A DNA stretch of 64,000 bases from positions 170,016 to 234,015 of the forward strand of contig CAVWZL010000007.1 of NCBI GenBank assembly GCA_963759495.1, written 5' to 3'. Shown one piece after another: positions 1-13,500 of this stretch; the first letter of the stretch is position 1, and every line of letters starts with the position of its first letter. Both the position numbers and the translations under genes were made by a program. The notes under the pieces are model-generated. The model was not told where the DNA came from, ran no database searches, and saw nothing but the letters and a program-made list of their open reading frames with translations. This stretch comes from an uncultured Chloroflexia bacterium (lineage in GTDB: Bacteria; Chloroflexota; Limnocylindria; Limnocylindrales; CSP1-4).

Positions 1-1269
1 CTCGCGTACCTGCGCATCCTGCGCTCCGACACGGACGCGTCCGCGTTCGAGCGGATCATCAACGTGCCCGGCGCGGGGCATCGGCGAGAAGACGATCGAG
101 GTGCTGCGCGCGGCTCGCCGCCCGCGAGGGTGGGACCTACTGGAGCGCGATCGAGGCGGCCGCCGCGGGCGAGCTCGAGGGCTCGCGCCACGGACCCGGA
201 ACGCGCTGGCCGAGTTCGCGGCGCTCGTCCGACGGCTGCGGACGCGGGTCGGCGTGCTGGCGCTCCCCGAGCTGCTCGACGACGTGCTGGAGGCGTCGGG
301 CTACCGGGCGATGCTCGCCGACGGCTCCGAGGAGGGCGAGGAACGCTGGGCGAACCTGCTCGAGCTGCGCGCGGTCACGACCCGCTACGACGACCTCGCG
401 CCCGGAGGACGCGCTCGACCGGCTGCTCGAGGAGACGGCGCTCGTCGCCGACCAGGACTCGTACGAGGGGGATGCGGACGCGGTGACGCTGATCACGCTC
501 CACGCCGCCAAGGGCCTCGAGTTCCCGGTCGTCTTCATCGCGGGCCTCGAGGAGGGGGTCTTCCCGCACAGCCGAGCGCTCGACGACGAGAAGGAGATGG
601 AGGAGGAGCGCCGGCTGGCGTACGTCGGCATCACCCGCGCGAAGCGCCGGCTGTACCTGACGCACGCCTGGCGCCGCGCGACGTGGGGCATGGGCCAGGC
701 GACGCGTCCCGTCGCGGTTCCTGCATGGAGATCCCGGCCGAGCTGATGGTCGGGTCCGCAGCTCGGGCGGCTGCGGACGACGCGGCGACCTCGACCTGGA
801 CCTGGTCTTCGGCGCGCGGCGCGACGTCGCGCTTCGGGACGCCGGTCCGGGGCGGGTGGGCCGGCGCGCTACCGCCAGGGCAGCGGCCGGCCGGGTGCGC
901 CGGCCGCCGGCGAGCCGTTCCGGCCGTCGCGGGATCTCGCGCGCGAAGCGCGAGGCCTACGCGGCGGGGCCGCCGTCCGGCCGCTGGGTCGCCGGTCCGG
1001 CCTGGGACGACGACGCTCGACCGCGTCGCGCCCGCGACGGCTCGACGGCCGCCGAGCCGCCTGCCGCGCGACCGCGCGCCCGTCATCCCCGGCGAGCGCC
1101 AATACCGCGACGGCGATCGCGTCCGGCACGCGCCGCTGGGGTGACGGCATCGTCGTCACCTCCAAGCTGACGCGCGAGCGACGAGGAGGTGACGGTGGCG
1201 TTCAAGGACTCGAGCGTCGGCCGCAAGACGATGCTGGCGAGCCTCGCCAACCTCGAGATCATCGGGCTA

Positions 1270-1270
<1 letters not shown>
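1..1270 (+). CDS. pcrA: ATP-dependent DNA helicase PcrA/UvrD family, C-terminal part (gene begins upstream of window; several frameshifts as assembled)
   Basis: ORF fragments 101-1144 and 483-746 carry SF1 helicase motifs ([25 protein letters not shown]; [19 protein letters not shown]). The first codons read [10 protein letters not shown]...RIINVP. The C-terminal tail is GDRVRH...[23 protein letters not shown]. At least 4 frame changes are needed. The end is placed at TAG 1268-1270 and is uncertain. Confidence 0.85.
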
Positions 1271-4727
<3,457 letters not shown>

Positions 4728-4745
4728 CGGCTGTCGTCCGCGCCC

Positions 4746-5255
4746 TCAGCCGCGCCGCTGGTGGTAGCGCTCCATCAGCTGGCTCACGGCCGCTCGGGCC
4801 TGCTGCCACTCGGGCTGGTCACCAAAGATCGACGCGTCGGCACCGAAGCGCTTGAGCTGCGTCATCGCGGTGACGATCGCGTTGTGCTCGAACGCTCTCC
4901 GCCGGCCACCCTCGACGGCGCCGGTGACGAGATAGCGCCGGACGACGTCGAATGACGCCTGCCAGCGACCGATCCGGATCTGGTCGCCCACCCGCAGGGA
5001 CTCCAGCCACTCGTCGTCGCCGACCGGATGGCGGTCGTGCTCGGCGAGGTGGTGGTGTAGATCGACCCGGAGGCCGGGCAGGCTCATGCTCGGCAGCCGG
5101 CCGTCGTCGGCGACGGTCTGGTAGCACACGTGACAGCTCGGCAGCTCGACATCCGCTCGTGGCGGCGCGCCGTACGGGAGGCCACAGCGGCGGCAGAACG
5201 TGGCCGCGTTCGATGCGGACGGGGTGCCGCACTGGAGGCAGGCAGTCGCGACCAT
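4746..5255 (-). CDS. hypothetical protein with N-terminal zinc-ribbon-like Cys pairs
   Basis: Intact 169-aa ORF with CLQCG...CRRCG plus CHVC. Its start overlaps the stop of the upstream ORF (TGATG at 5253-5257 on the minus strand). I recognise no family. Confidence 0.6.
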   Translation of the reverse strand: MVATACLQCGTPSASNAATFCRRCGLPYGAPPRADVELPSCHVCYQTVADDGRLPSMSLPGLRVDLHHHLAEHDRHPVGDDEWLESLRVGDQIRIGRWQASFDVVRRYLVTGAVEGGRRRAFEHNAIVTAMTQLKRFGADASIFGDQPEWQQARAAVSQLMERYHQRRG

Positions 5256-5641
5256 CAGCGTGCTCCTCCGCGGATTGCCTGCTCCAGCAGCGCTCGGGTG
5301 CGGCCGTCTGCATCGGCAATCTCGATTTGCCAGGTCTCGGGTGTGTAGAGACCTGCCGGCCGGCGCGTCACGGCTGGTCGGCCGGATCCGGAGGCCATCT
5401 CGATCGCTTGGGTCAACGCAGCCTCCAGGCGAGCAGGGGTGTCCGCCCGGCTCTCGCGTCCGGTTCCCTCCACGAGCGCACCGATGAGCCGCTCGAGCTC
5501 GGGGCGCCCGAGGGCGAGGGTCAGGTCAGCAGGTCCGGCATCGGCGATGCCGCCTGTCGACCCATCGCCGGGGCTCGGTTCGGCTGCGGTTGGCTGATCG
5601 CCTCGCAGGCGACGACGGGCGCGCTCGATGGTGTCCCACAT
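5255..5641 (-). CDS. hypothetical protein (first gene of a two-gene minus-strand unit)
   Basis: Intact 128-aa ORF, translationally coupled to 4746-5255. Its composition looks coding rather than like an Arg/Pro-rich antisense artefact. I recognise no family. Confidence 0.5.
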   Translation of the reverse strand: MWDTIERARRRLRGDQPTAAEPSPGDGSTGGIADAGPADLTLALGRPELERLIGALVEGTGRESRADTPARLEAALTQAIEMASGSGRPAVTRRPAGLYTPETWQIEIADADGRTRALLEQAIRGGAR

Positions 5642-5809
5642 GGGTCGCGTGGCTCTCCGGTGACGAGGGGCGGGGAACAGGTGTCAGGATCGGCTCGCCC
5701 CATCGCTCGGCACATCCCCCGAAGGGGCCATGGCCGATACGCCGTCTGGCCGACACGGGCCTACGACAGTGGCGTGCTACCGTCGCGGACACATGCTGCG
5801 AGGTGCCCG

Positions 5810-6079
5810 GTGACCGAAGCGGACGAACGGTTCATCGAACGTCTCCGACCCGAGATCGACCCCGTCGTCGCCGGGTGGGCGAGCGTGGAAGCCATCCACG
5901 TGGATCGGCTGTCGGCGTCCGTTGCCCTCGTGATCGCGCTCGAGGCCCGCACGGGCCCGACGGTGATCCGCTGCGAGGGCGCGACACTGATCGAGGCGAC
6001 GGCGGCGATCCACAGCAGGCTCGTCGAGACGCGGCTCGATCTGGCGTTCCGCGAGCTGGTCCAGGCGCACGGCCGCTGA
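5810..6079 (+). CDS. small hypothetical protein
   Basis: This is the C-terminal 89 codons of ORF 4952-6079, taken from GTG 5810 (VTEADERFIERLRPEIDPVV...AFRELVQAHGR). It has normal amino-acid composition, unlike the upstream part of that ORF. The start is uncertain. Confidence 0.35.
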   Translation: MTEADERFIERLRPEIDPVVAGWASVEAIHVDRLSASVALVIALEARTGPTVIRCEGATLIEATAAIHSRLVETRLDLAFRELVQAHGR

Positions 6080-6112
6080 GCCCGTCCGCCCGGCCCGCGG
6101 CCGTCCCTCGGC

Positions 6113-6118
6113 TATGAT
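6113..6118 (+). promoter_or_regulatory. -10-like hexamer TATGAT, 6 nt upstream of the gatC ATG (leaderless-type arrangement)
   Basis: The sequence reads gcTATGATcggatcATG. Confidence 0.4.
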
Positions 6119-6124
6119 CGGATC

Positions 6125-6424
6125 ATGGCGACCCTCTCCCGAGCCGACGTCGAGCACGTTGCGTACCTGGCGCGGCTGGGCCTCAGCGACGAGGAGCTGA
6201 CCCGGCTCGAGGGCCAGCTCAACCACATCCTCGACCAGTACGCGATCCTCGCCACGCTCGACACCGAGGCCATCCCGCCGACGGCGCAGACCATCGAGCT
6301 CGAGAACATTCTTCGGGAGGACGTCGCACGCCCGTCGCTCCCGGTTGAGTCCGTGCTTGCGAACGCCCCCGCGACACAGGGCGAGTTCATCGTGGTGCCG
6401 CCCATCCTCACCGAGCGCGACTGA
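6125..6424 (+). CDS. gatC: Asp/Glu-tRNA(Asn/Gln) amidotransferase subunit C
   Basis: Intact 99-aa ORF ([31 protein letters not shown]...) lying immediately upstream of gatA. Confidence 0.9.
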   Translation: MATLSRADVEHVAYLARLGLSDEELTRLEGQLNHILDQYAILATLDTEAIPPTAQTIELENILREDVARPSLPVESVLANAPATQGEFIVVPPILTERD

Positions 6425-6425
6425 C

Positions 6426-8024
6426 GTGCCGGAAGCGACCGCGGCACGTCCCGAGGACCTGACGCGCCTGCACGCGCACGAGCAGGGGGCATTGCTGCGC
6501 GCCGGAACGATCTCCTCGCGCGAGCTGGTTGCCGCGCACCTCGCGGTCATCCAGCGCGGGAACACGGCGCTCAATGCCTGGCTGCACGTCGATGGCGATC
6601 GCTCGCTTGCCGAGGCCGATGCGGCCGATGCCCGGATCGCCGCCGCGCGGGCCGAGGCTGGCGCTGACACCGAGCACCCGCTCCTGGGCGTGCCGGTCGC
6701 GCTGAAGGATCTCGTCTCGGTCGAGGGCGGCCAGTGCACGGCCGGATCGCGCATCCTCGAGGGATACCGCGCTCCCTATGACGCCCACATCACGGAGCGG
6801 CTGCGGTCGGTCGGGGCGGTCATCCTCGGCAAGACGAACATGGACGAGTTCGCCATGGGCTCGTCGACGGAGCATTCGGCCTACGGCCCGACCGCAAACC
6901 CCTGGGCCCTCGATCGAGTTCCCGGCGGCTCGAGCGGCGGTTCGGCGGCTGCGGTCGCTGCGTTCCATGCACCGCTCTCGATCGGCACGGACACCGGTGG
7001 GTCGATTCGGCAGCCGGCGGCGCTGTGCGGGATCGTCGGGCTCAAGCCAACCTACGGCCGGGTCAGCCGCTACGGGATCGTGGCCTTCGCCAGCTCGCTC
7101 GACCAGATCGGGCCGTTCGCGCGCGACACCCGCGACGCCGCCGTCCTGCTCCACGCCATCGCGGGCCGGGACGAGCGTGACTCGACCTCGTCACCCGCCC
7201 CCGTTCCCGCCGACCTGCTGCGCCTCCCGGACTCGGACGACGAGGCCGCCTCGGCATTGCGCGGCAAGCGGCTCGGGTTGCCCCGCGAGTATTTCGTCGC
7301 GGGGATGGAGCCGGGCGTCGAGGCCCGTGTGCGGGAGGCGGTTGCGTCACTCGAGGCGGCCGGCGCGACCGTCGAGGAGGTCTCGCTGCCCCACACCGAG
7401 TACGGGCTCGCCACGTACTACATCGTGGCGCCGGCCGAGGCATCGGCCAACCTGGCGCGCTACGACGGCATCCGGTTCGGGCCACGGCTCGGTGACGGCG
7501 ATGTGCTCACGAACTATCTCGCCACGCGCGGACAGGGCTTCGGCGCCGAGGTCAAGCGCCGGATCATGCTCGGCACGTACGCGCTCTCGGCCGGCTACTA
7601 CGACGCGTACTACCTCAAGGCGCAGAAGGTTCGCACGTTGATCAAGGGCGACTTCGACGCGCTCTGGGCGCAGGGGTTCGATGCGCTCGTGGCCCCGACC
7701 TCCCCGACGGTCGCGTTCCCGCTCGGCGCCCGTATGCAGGATCCGGTCGCGATGTACCTCTCGGACGCGTGCACGCTGCCGGTCAACATGGCGGGCCTGC
7801 CCGGCATCTCGGTGCCGTGCGGGCTGTCCGAAGGGCTCCCGGTCGGGTTGCAGCTGATCGGCGCGCCGTGGTCGGAGCATGCCCTGTTCACGCTTGCGCG
7901 CGGCTACGAGGCGATCACCGCCGAGGCGGAGTGGCGCCTGCAGGAGCCGGCTGACCTTGCACGGGCCGAGGATCCCGCGACGCGTGGTCCGCGCGAGCGG
8001 CTCCTCGCCGGCGCCACCTCGTGA
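6426..8024 (+). CDS. gatA: Asp/Glu-tRNA(Asn/Gln) amidotransferase subunit A
   Basis: Intact ORF with the amidase signature [15 protein letters not shown]...[13 protein letters not shown]...[13 protein letters not shown]. The GTG start at 6426 lies 1 nt after the gatC stop. Confidence 0.95.
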   Translation: MPEATAARPEDLTRLHAHEQGALLRAGTISSRELVAAHLAVIQRGNTALNAWLHVDGDRSLAEADAADARIAAARAEAGADTEHPLLGVPVALKDLVSVEGGQCTAGSRILEGYRAPYDAHITERLRSVGAVILGKTNMDEFAMGSSTEHSAYGPTANPWALDRVPGGSSGGSAAAVAAFHAPLSIGTDTGGSIRQPAALCGIVGLKPTYGRVSRYGIVAFASSLDQIGPFARDTRDAAVLLHAIAGRDERDSTSSPAPVPADLLRLPDSDDEAASALRGKRLGLPREYFVAGMEPGVEARVREAVASLEAAGATVEEVSLPHTEYGLATYYIVAPAEASANLARYDGIRFGPRLGDGDVLTNYLATRGQGFGAEVKRRIMLGTYALSAGYYDAYYLKAQKVRTLIKGDFDALWAQGFDALVAPTSPTVAFPLGARMQDPVAMYLSDACTLPVNMAGLPGISVPCGLSEGLPVGLQLIGAPWSEHALFTLARGYEAITAEAEWRLQEPADLARAEDPATRGPRERLLAGATS

Positions 8025-9258
8025 CGAACGGCGTCGAGCCCGACACCAACCCGGCGCGTCCGCCGCTGGCCGAGCGCGCCCTGTCCGAGCGCGTCCGGAC
8101 CGTGCCGCCATCGGGCATCCGGCGCTTCTTCGACATCCTCGCGACCATGGACGACGTCATCAGCCTCGGGGTGGGGGAGCCTGACTTCGACACGCCGCGC
8201 GCGATCGTCGAGGCCGGCGTGCGAGAGCCTGCGCGAAGGCCGCACCCACTACACGAGCAACTACGGCACGATCGAGCTGCGGCGCGCCCTGGCCGATCAT
8301 CTCGAGCGACGCTACGGCGTCCGCTACGACTCGGCCACCGAGATCCTCATCACGGTCGGCGCGTCGGAGGCGGTCGATCTCGCCCTGCGCGCGACCTGCG
8401 ATCCGGGCGACGAGGTGATCCTCCACGAGCCCTCGTACGTCGCGTACGTGCCCGCGGTCGTGTTCGCCGGCGGCGTCGTTCGGCACGTCGCCACGCGGTT
8501 CGAGGACGACTTTGCGCTCGATCCCGCCGCGGTCGAGGCCGCGATCACGCCGCGAACGAAGGCCCTCTTCCTCGGCTACCCGTGCAATCCCACGGGTGCC
8601 GTCCTGCCCGAGGACGTCCAGGACGAGCTCGCCGCGATTGCCGTGCGGCACGACCTGCTGGTGTACTCGGACGAGATCTACGACCGGCTGGCGTACGGCG
8701 ACTTACACCCATCGTGCGATGAGCGCGCTGCCCGGGATGCGCGAGCGGACCATCCTCATGGGCGGCTTCTCGAAGGCCTACGCGATGACGGGCTGGCGGG
8801 TCGGCTACGTGGCGGCGCCGGCCGGGATCCTCGAGGGTCTCGTCAAGGTCCACCAGTACGGGATCATGTCCGCGCCCACGACGGCGCAGGACGCCGCGCT
8901 CATGGCGATCATCGAGGGCGAATCCGAGGTCGAGCGCATGCGCGCGGAGTACGACCGTCGCCGGCGCCTGCTCGTCGACGGCCTCAACGCCATGGGTCTC
9001 GAGACGTTCGAGCCGCGGGGGGCCTTCTACGCATTCCCGAAGATCGGCCGCGACAGGCCTCGACTCGACGAGGTCTTCGCCGAGCGGCTGCTGTTCGAGG
9101 AGAAGGTCGCGGCGGTACCCGGATCGGCGTTCGGTCCCTCCGGCGCCGGTCACGTCCGGATGTGCTACGCCACCTCCTACGAGCAGCTCGAGGAGGCGCT
9201 CCGGCGCATCGGCCGATTCGTCGAACGAACACAGGCTGCGGCACCGGTCGCGGGCTGA
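8021..9258 (+). CDS. pyridoxal-phosphate-dependent aminotransferase, class I/II (2 frameshifts as assembled)
   Basis: Fragments read [58 protein letters not shown] and RGAFYAFP. The start overlaps the gatA stop. Frame changes occur near 8225 and 8705. Confidence 0.85.
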
Positions 9259-9689
9259 CGCGAACCTGCAACACGCAATCGGGCCGTAGGGGGACGCCCT
9301 CCACCCGAACGGAGGGACCCTCGTGCACGTACCCAGCACGAGGCTCACCGCGATGCTGCCTTCCCCGCCCGCCTATGTCAGCCCCGTTCATCGGGTCACG
9401 CGCGTGCGCGTGCGGTCGAAGCGCGCCCGAACGCGACCAGACTTCGTGGTGCTCTACGCGCTCGCCGCGATCTCCGGCATGGCAACCGGCCTGTTCATGA
9501 GCCTCCTCGCCTGATCCGACGGGCTCTGGATCTGCCCGGGCTCAGCCGGCGGCGACCTGCTCGGCGAGTGCCCGCGGGTTCGACGCCTCAGTCGCCTGGA
9601 GCTCCCAATTCCACGAGCGTGGCCGTCGCGCCCGGGGCGACCTGCGGCGGGTGTCCCTCGTGGTTGTAGTGACCTTGCTGGACCGAGGT

Positions 9690-9705
9690 GTGAGAGCGCT
9701 CTCAC
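9690..9705. promoter_or_regulatory. perfect 16-bp palindrome GTGAGAGCGCTCTCAC (candidate protein-binding operator)
   Basis: Read directly from the sequence. It has no loop, so it is not a hairpin terminator. It lies in the 600-bp gap between the aminotransferase gene and the gatB unit. Confidence 0.3.
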
Positions 9706-9857
9706 GCGGGTGGCACCATGACGCACCACCTGTCAGGAGAGCGATTGCAACGGTCCAGCGGTGTGCCGTTGGGCGGCAGGGGTGCCCGTCATCGAGCAGG
9801 CGGGGTCGCGCGGGGGCGTCTCCACGCGAAGCCGGGCGCTTCTGGCACACTCATGCC

Positions 9858-10115
9858 ATGGGACCCGTGCTGCTCATCACCGGGCTGGTCGCCACCGCCA
9901 TCGGCTCGTGGCGGGGCTACGTCAACGCGCGTGCCGTGCTCGCGCCGCTGGCCCATCCCGGCGAGCCCACGCGGACCGCGGTAGAAGCCACCCGGCCAGT
10001 CACGGAGCGTGCCCGCGTTCGCCGCGCCGTCCGGAACCTGACCGCGTCGCTCGCCTGGCTTGCCATGGCGATGTACGGGGTGTTCCTGGTCGCCGCGGCC
10101 GAGGCCGCCCGATGA
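9858..10115 (+). CDS. small membrane protein (2 predicted TM segments)
   Basis: The peptide is MGPVLLITGLVATAIGSW...LAWLAMAMYGVFLVAAAEAAR. Its stop overlaps the gatB ATG (ATGA at 10112-10115). Confidence 0.4.
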   Translation: MGPVLLITGLVATAIGSWRGYVNARAVLAPLAHPGEPTRTAVEATRPVTERARVRRAVRNLTASLAWLAMAMYGVFLVAAAEAAR

Positions 10116-11606
10116 CGACAGCGACCGCAGCGGCGACTCCGGGTGTGCTCGAACGTTACGAGGCGGTCATCGGCATCGAGGTCCACTGCCAGCTTCGGAC
10201 CGTGTCGAAGATGTTCTGCGCCTGCTCGACGGCCTACGACGGCGCGCCGCCCAACAGCCACGTCTGTCCGGTCTGCCTCGGGCTGCCGGGCGCCATGCCC
10301 GTGATCAACCGGCAGGCGGTGGAGCACGTCCTCACCACCGGGCTCGCGATCGAGGCCACCCTCCCCGCCGCGACGCGCTGGGACCGCAAGAACTACTTCT
10401 ATCCGGACCTGCCGAAGGGCTACCAGATCAGCCAGTACGACCTGCCGCTCGCGTCACGCGGCCGACTCACGATCGCGACCAGCGAGGGTCCGTTCACGAT
10501 CGGGATCACGCGCGCCCACCTCGAGGAGGACACGGCGAAGCTCGTGCACGCCACCGGCCCGGACGGGTCGAAGGTGAGCCTCGTCGACTTCAATCGGTCC
10601 GGTGCGCCGCTCATGGAGATCGTCACGGAGCCCGACATCCGCACGGCCGAGCAGGCGCGGCGCTACGCCGAGGAGCTGCAGCTGCTCCTCCGCTCGGTCG
10701 GCGCCTCCGATGCGGACATGGAGCGTGGCCAGATGCGCGTTGAGGCAAACGTCTCGCTCCGCGCGCGTGGCACCGAGCCGTTCGGCACCCGGGTCGAGGT
10801 CAAGAACATGAACTCGTTCCGGTCGGTGGAGCGCGCCATCGCCTACGAGATCGAGCGCCAGGCGGCCATCCTCGATGCCGGCGAGGAGCTCGTGCAGGAG
10901 ACCCGGGGCTGGCACGAGGATCGCGGTGAGACGTACCGGATGCGGGTCAAGGAGACCTCCGACGACTACCGCTACTTCCCGGAGCCCGACCTGCCGCCCC
11001 TGCACCTCGATCCGGCCTGGCTGGACGCGCTCCGTGCGCGGCTTGCCGGAGCTCCCGGCTCGCGCGACGCGACGCGCTACCAGGCTGCCCTTGGCCTCTC
11101 CGCCTACGACGCAGGCGTGCTCGTCGGCCGACCCCGATGCGGCGCGCGCTGTTCGAGGCACGTGGTGGCCGCGGAGCCGGGCCTCGATCCGAAGCAGGTG
11201 GCGAACTGGGTCAGCGGTGAATACCTGCGCCTGCGCAACCAGGGCGACGAGTCCGTAACGGTGGACCCGGTCGAGCTCGGGCGCCTGATCCGCCTCGTGG
11301 TCGATGGGTCGATCTCGCGCGCCAATGGCAAGGAAATCCTCGAGCTGCACGTTGCGAGCGGCGATTCGGTCGCCGCGATCGTCGACGCCCGTGGCTTCCG
11401 GCAGATCTCGGATGCAGGCGCGGTCGGCGCGGCGGTGGACGAGGTGCTTGCCGCGAACCCGGCCGCGGTCGCGGACTATCGGGCGGGCAAGGCCCAGGCG
11501 GTCGGCTTCCTCGTGGGGCAGGTCATGAAGGCGACCCGCGGCCAGGCCAATGCGGCGGTCGTGCAGGCGACCGTGCGCGAACGTCTGGCATCGAGCGGAG
11601 GACTGA
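10112..11606 (+). CDS. gatB: Asp/Glu-tRNA(Asn/Gln) amidotransferase subunit B (several frameshifts near the 3' half)
   Basis: Fragments read VIGIEVHCQLRT, PGAMPVINR, NYFYPDLPKGYQISQYD, RAHLEEDTAKL, DFNRSGAPLMEIVTEPD and YFPEPDLPPL. The long track ORF 9761-12382 is a read-through artefact. The end is placed at TGA 11604-11606, which needs one more frame change. Confidence 0.9.
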
Positions 11607-11608
11607 CG

Positions 11609-11882
11609 GTGGAGCTCATCAACCTTGCCCTCTGGATCGGTGGCATCGCGCTCCTCGCGATCGGCTACAGCCGGGCTCGGGGACCGATGGCGCGCTACCA
11701 GTCGCTCAAGCAGCAGGACGCCAACATTGCCCGCTACGAGGCGTGGCGGGGTGGCGCGCGGGACCGGGGTCCGACCGGCGCGTCGGTCGCAGATGCAGCA
11801 GCTTCGCCGTCAGGCCGGCGTCGGTATCGCGATCGCCGCGGCCGGATTCGTCCTGCTGTTCGTCGGGTTCCTCGTCCGCTAG
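11609..11882 (+). CDS. small membrane protein (2 TM; 1 frameshift)
   Basis: The GTG at 11609 is preceded by the Shine-Dalgarno (SD) sequence GGAGGA (11598-11603). The peptide reads VELINLALWIGGIALLAIGY...AGVGIAIAAAGFVLLFVGFLVR. Confidence 0.4.
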
Positions 11883-12360
11883 CGTCGGACGCGCCGTACC
11901 TCGATCGCGGTGCAGCGGTCCATCACGACCGCCAGGCCACCGTCATGCGCGACACGAGCTGCGTCCCAGCTCACGATCCCGAGCTGCAGCCACAGGCAGC
12001 GTGCGCCGGCGGCGACGGCCTCGTGCGCGTGGGGCTCGCACAGCTCGGCCCTCCGGAACACGTCGACGATGTCAAACGGGCCGGTCTCCTCGACGGCCTC
12101 GGCCAGCGTCCGGTAGGCACGAACGCCCAGCACGTCGCGGCAGTTCGGGTTGATCGGGACGCAGTCGTAGCCCAGCCCTTGGAGCGTCCGGAACACGCCG
12201 AACGAGGGCCGGCTTGGCATCGGCGACGCGCCGATGACAGCGATCCGCCGGCTCGAACGGAGCAGGTCGTCAACGGCTGCGTCGTCGAGAACCGGGACGG
12301 GGCCCCGACCCTCCTGGAGGTCGAGGATGTCGGCGACCCGCGCGCGTTCCTCCGGGGTCA
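11879..12360 (-). CDS. CoA-binding domain protein
   Basis: The peptide reads RRIAVIGASPMPSRPSFGVFRTLQGLGYDCVPINP...FDIVDVFRR...CLWLQLGI. The N-terminal extension of track ORF 11879-12565 overlaps the permease gene and is ignored. The exact start is uncertain. Confidence 0.75.
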
Positions 12361-13500
12361 GGCCCGCGCCTCCTTGTCGTAGGGCACGCCGTCCGCAGCG
12401 GGGGCCACGGCGCGGCCGACCACGCCGACGAGCACGACGATCGTGAGGAGATAGGGGAGCATGCCGTAGATCTCGCCCGAGCCCGGAAGCGTCGCAAGGA
12501 AGTCGCCCACGGCGCCCGGCGGCGGGTCGCGCTGGACCGCGGTCTGGAGGGACGGGCGGCACCAAACATCAACGCCGCCGCCAGCGCACCGATCGGCGTC
12601 TAGCGCCCGAAGATCAGTGCGGCGATTCCGATGAAGCCGACGCCGCCCGTCATGCCGTCCTGGAACGAGCCGAACTGACTCGAGGGTCAGGTACGCCCCG
12701 CCGAGCCCGGCGAAGACGCCGCCCAGGATCACGTTGCGGTAGCGGACGCGGTACACGTCGATGCCGACCGTGTCGGCGGCCTTCGGGTGCTCGCCGACCG
12801 CCCGGGTCCTCAGACCCCAGCGCGACCGGAAGAGCATCACCTGCAGCAGGACCACGGCGATGATCAGGCTCGTCTGCGATCGGCCCGCCGCCGATCACGG
12901 CGCGCAGGATCGGTCCGAGCAGCGGGATCGTGAACAGCTCGGCAGGGAGCGAGAGGATGTTGCGGGGGAGCGTGTGCGTGCCGGTCACGTCGGCCGTCGA
13001 GATCAGCAGCTGGTTGAAGAAGGCGGTGCCGCCCATGGCCAGGATGTTGATGACCGTGCCGCAGATGATCTGATCCGCCTTGACCGTGATCGACAGCCAC
13101 GCGTGCAGGGCCGAGAGGAGCATCGAGGCGATGATCGCGGTGACGACGCCGAGCAGGACCGCCGCGCAGCTGGCCCACGACGGGGTTGAGATAGGCGCCG
13201 GTCAGGAACCCGACGAACGCGGAGGTGAGGAGCATGCCCTCGACGCCGATGTTCACCACGCCGCTCCGCTCGTTCATCGCGGCGCACAGCGCGCCGTAGC
13301 CGATTGGCACCGCGAACCCGAGGATGATCGACGGGTTGGCGAGCGCGAACGCCACGAACCACCCGAGGAAGTCGAGGATGGCCGGGCCGCCGCCGAGCGC
13401 CAGCACGACGACGAGCAGGCCGAGGATGACCCCCAGGACGATGAGCGTCCCGCGCCCGACCCGAAAGCGCGGCTCGATGGCTGCGGCCGCCGCGGTCATG
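12358..13500 (-). CDS. ABC transporter permease (BMP/nucleoside-type uptake system), frameshifted
   Basis: Fragments read FAVPIGYGALCAAMNERSGVVNIGVEGMLLTSAF, CGTVINILAMGGTAFF and RTRAVGEHPKAADTVGIDVYRVRY. Confidence 0.75.

Noticed and set aside
9600-9719. Minus-strand His-rich mini-ORF (MVPPA-TGA-ERSHTSVQQGHYNHEGHPPQV...) as a selenocysteine or recoded peptide.
   Set aside because: There is no SECIS-like structure or supporting context. The ORF is very short, and the TGA sits inside a palindrome that is more simply explained as a DNA-binding site.
9761-12382. 873-aa plus-strand ORF that could be read as a giant GatB fusion protein.
   Set aside because: It is a read-through. Only 10112 to about 11606 is GatB. 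The rest is a small TM ORF followed by the antisense frame of the CoA-binding gene. It is created by a missing in-frame stop in an indel-affected region.
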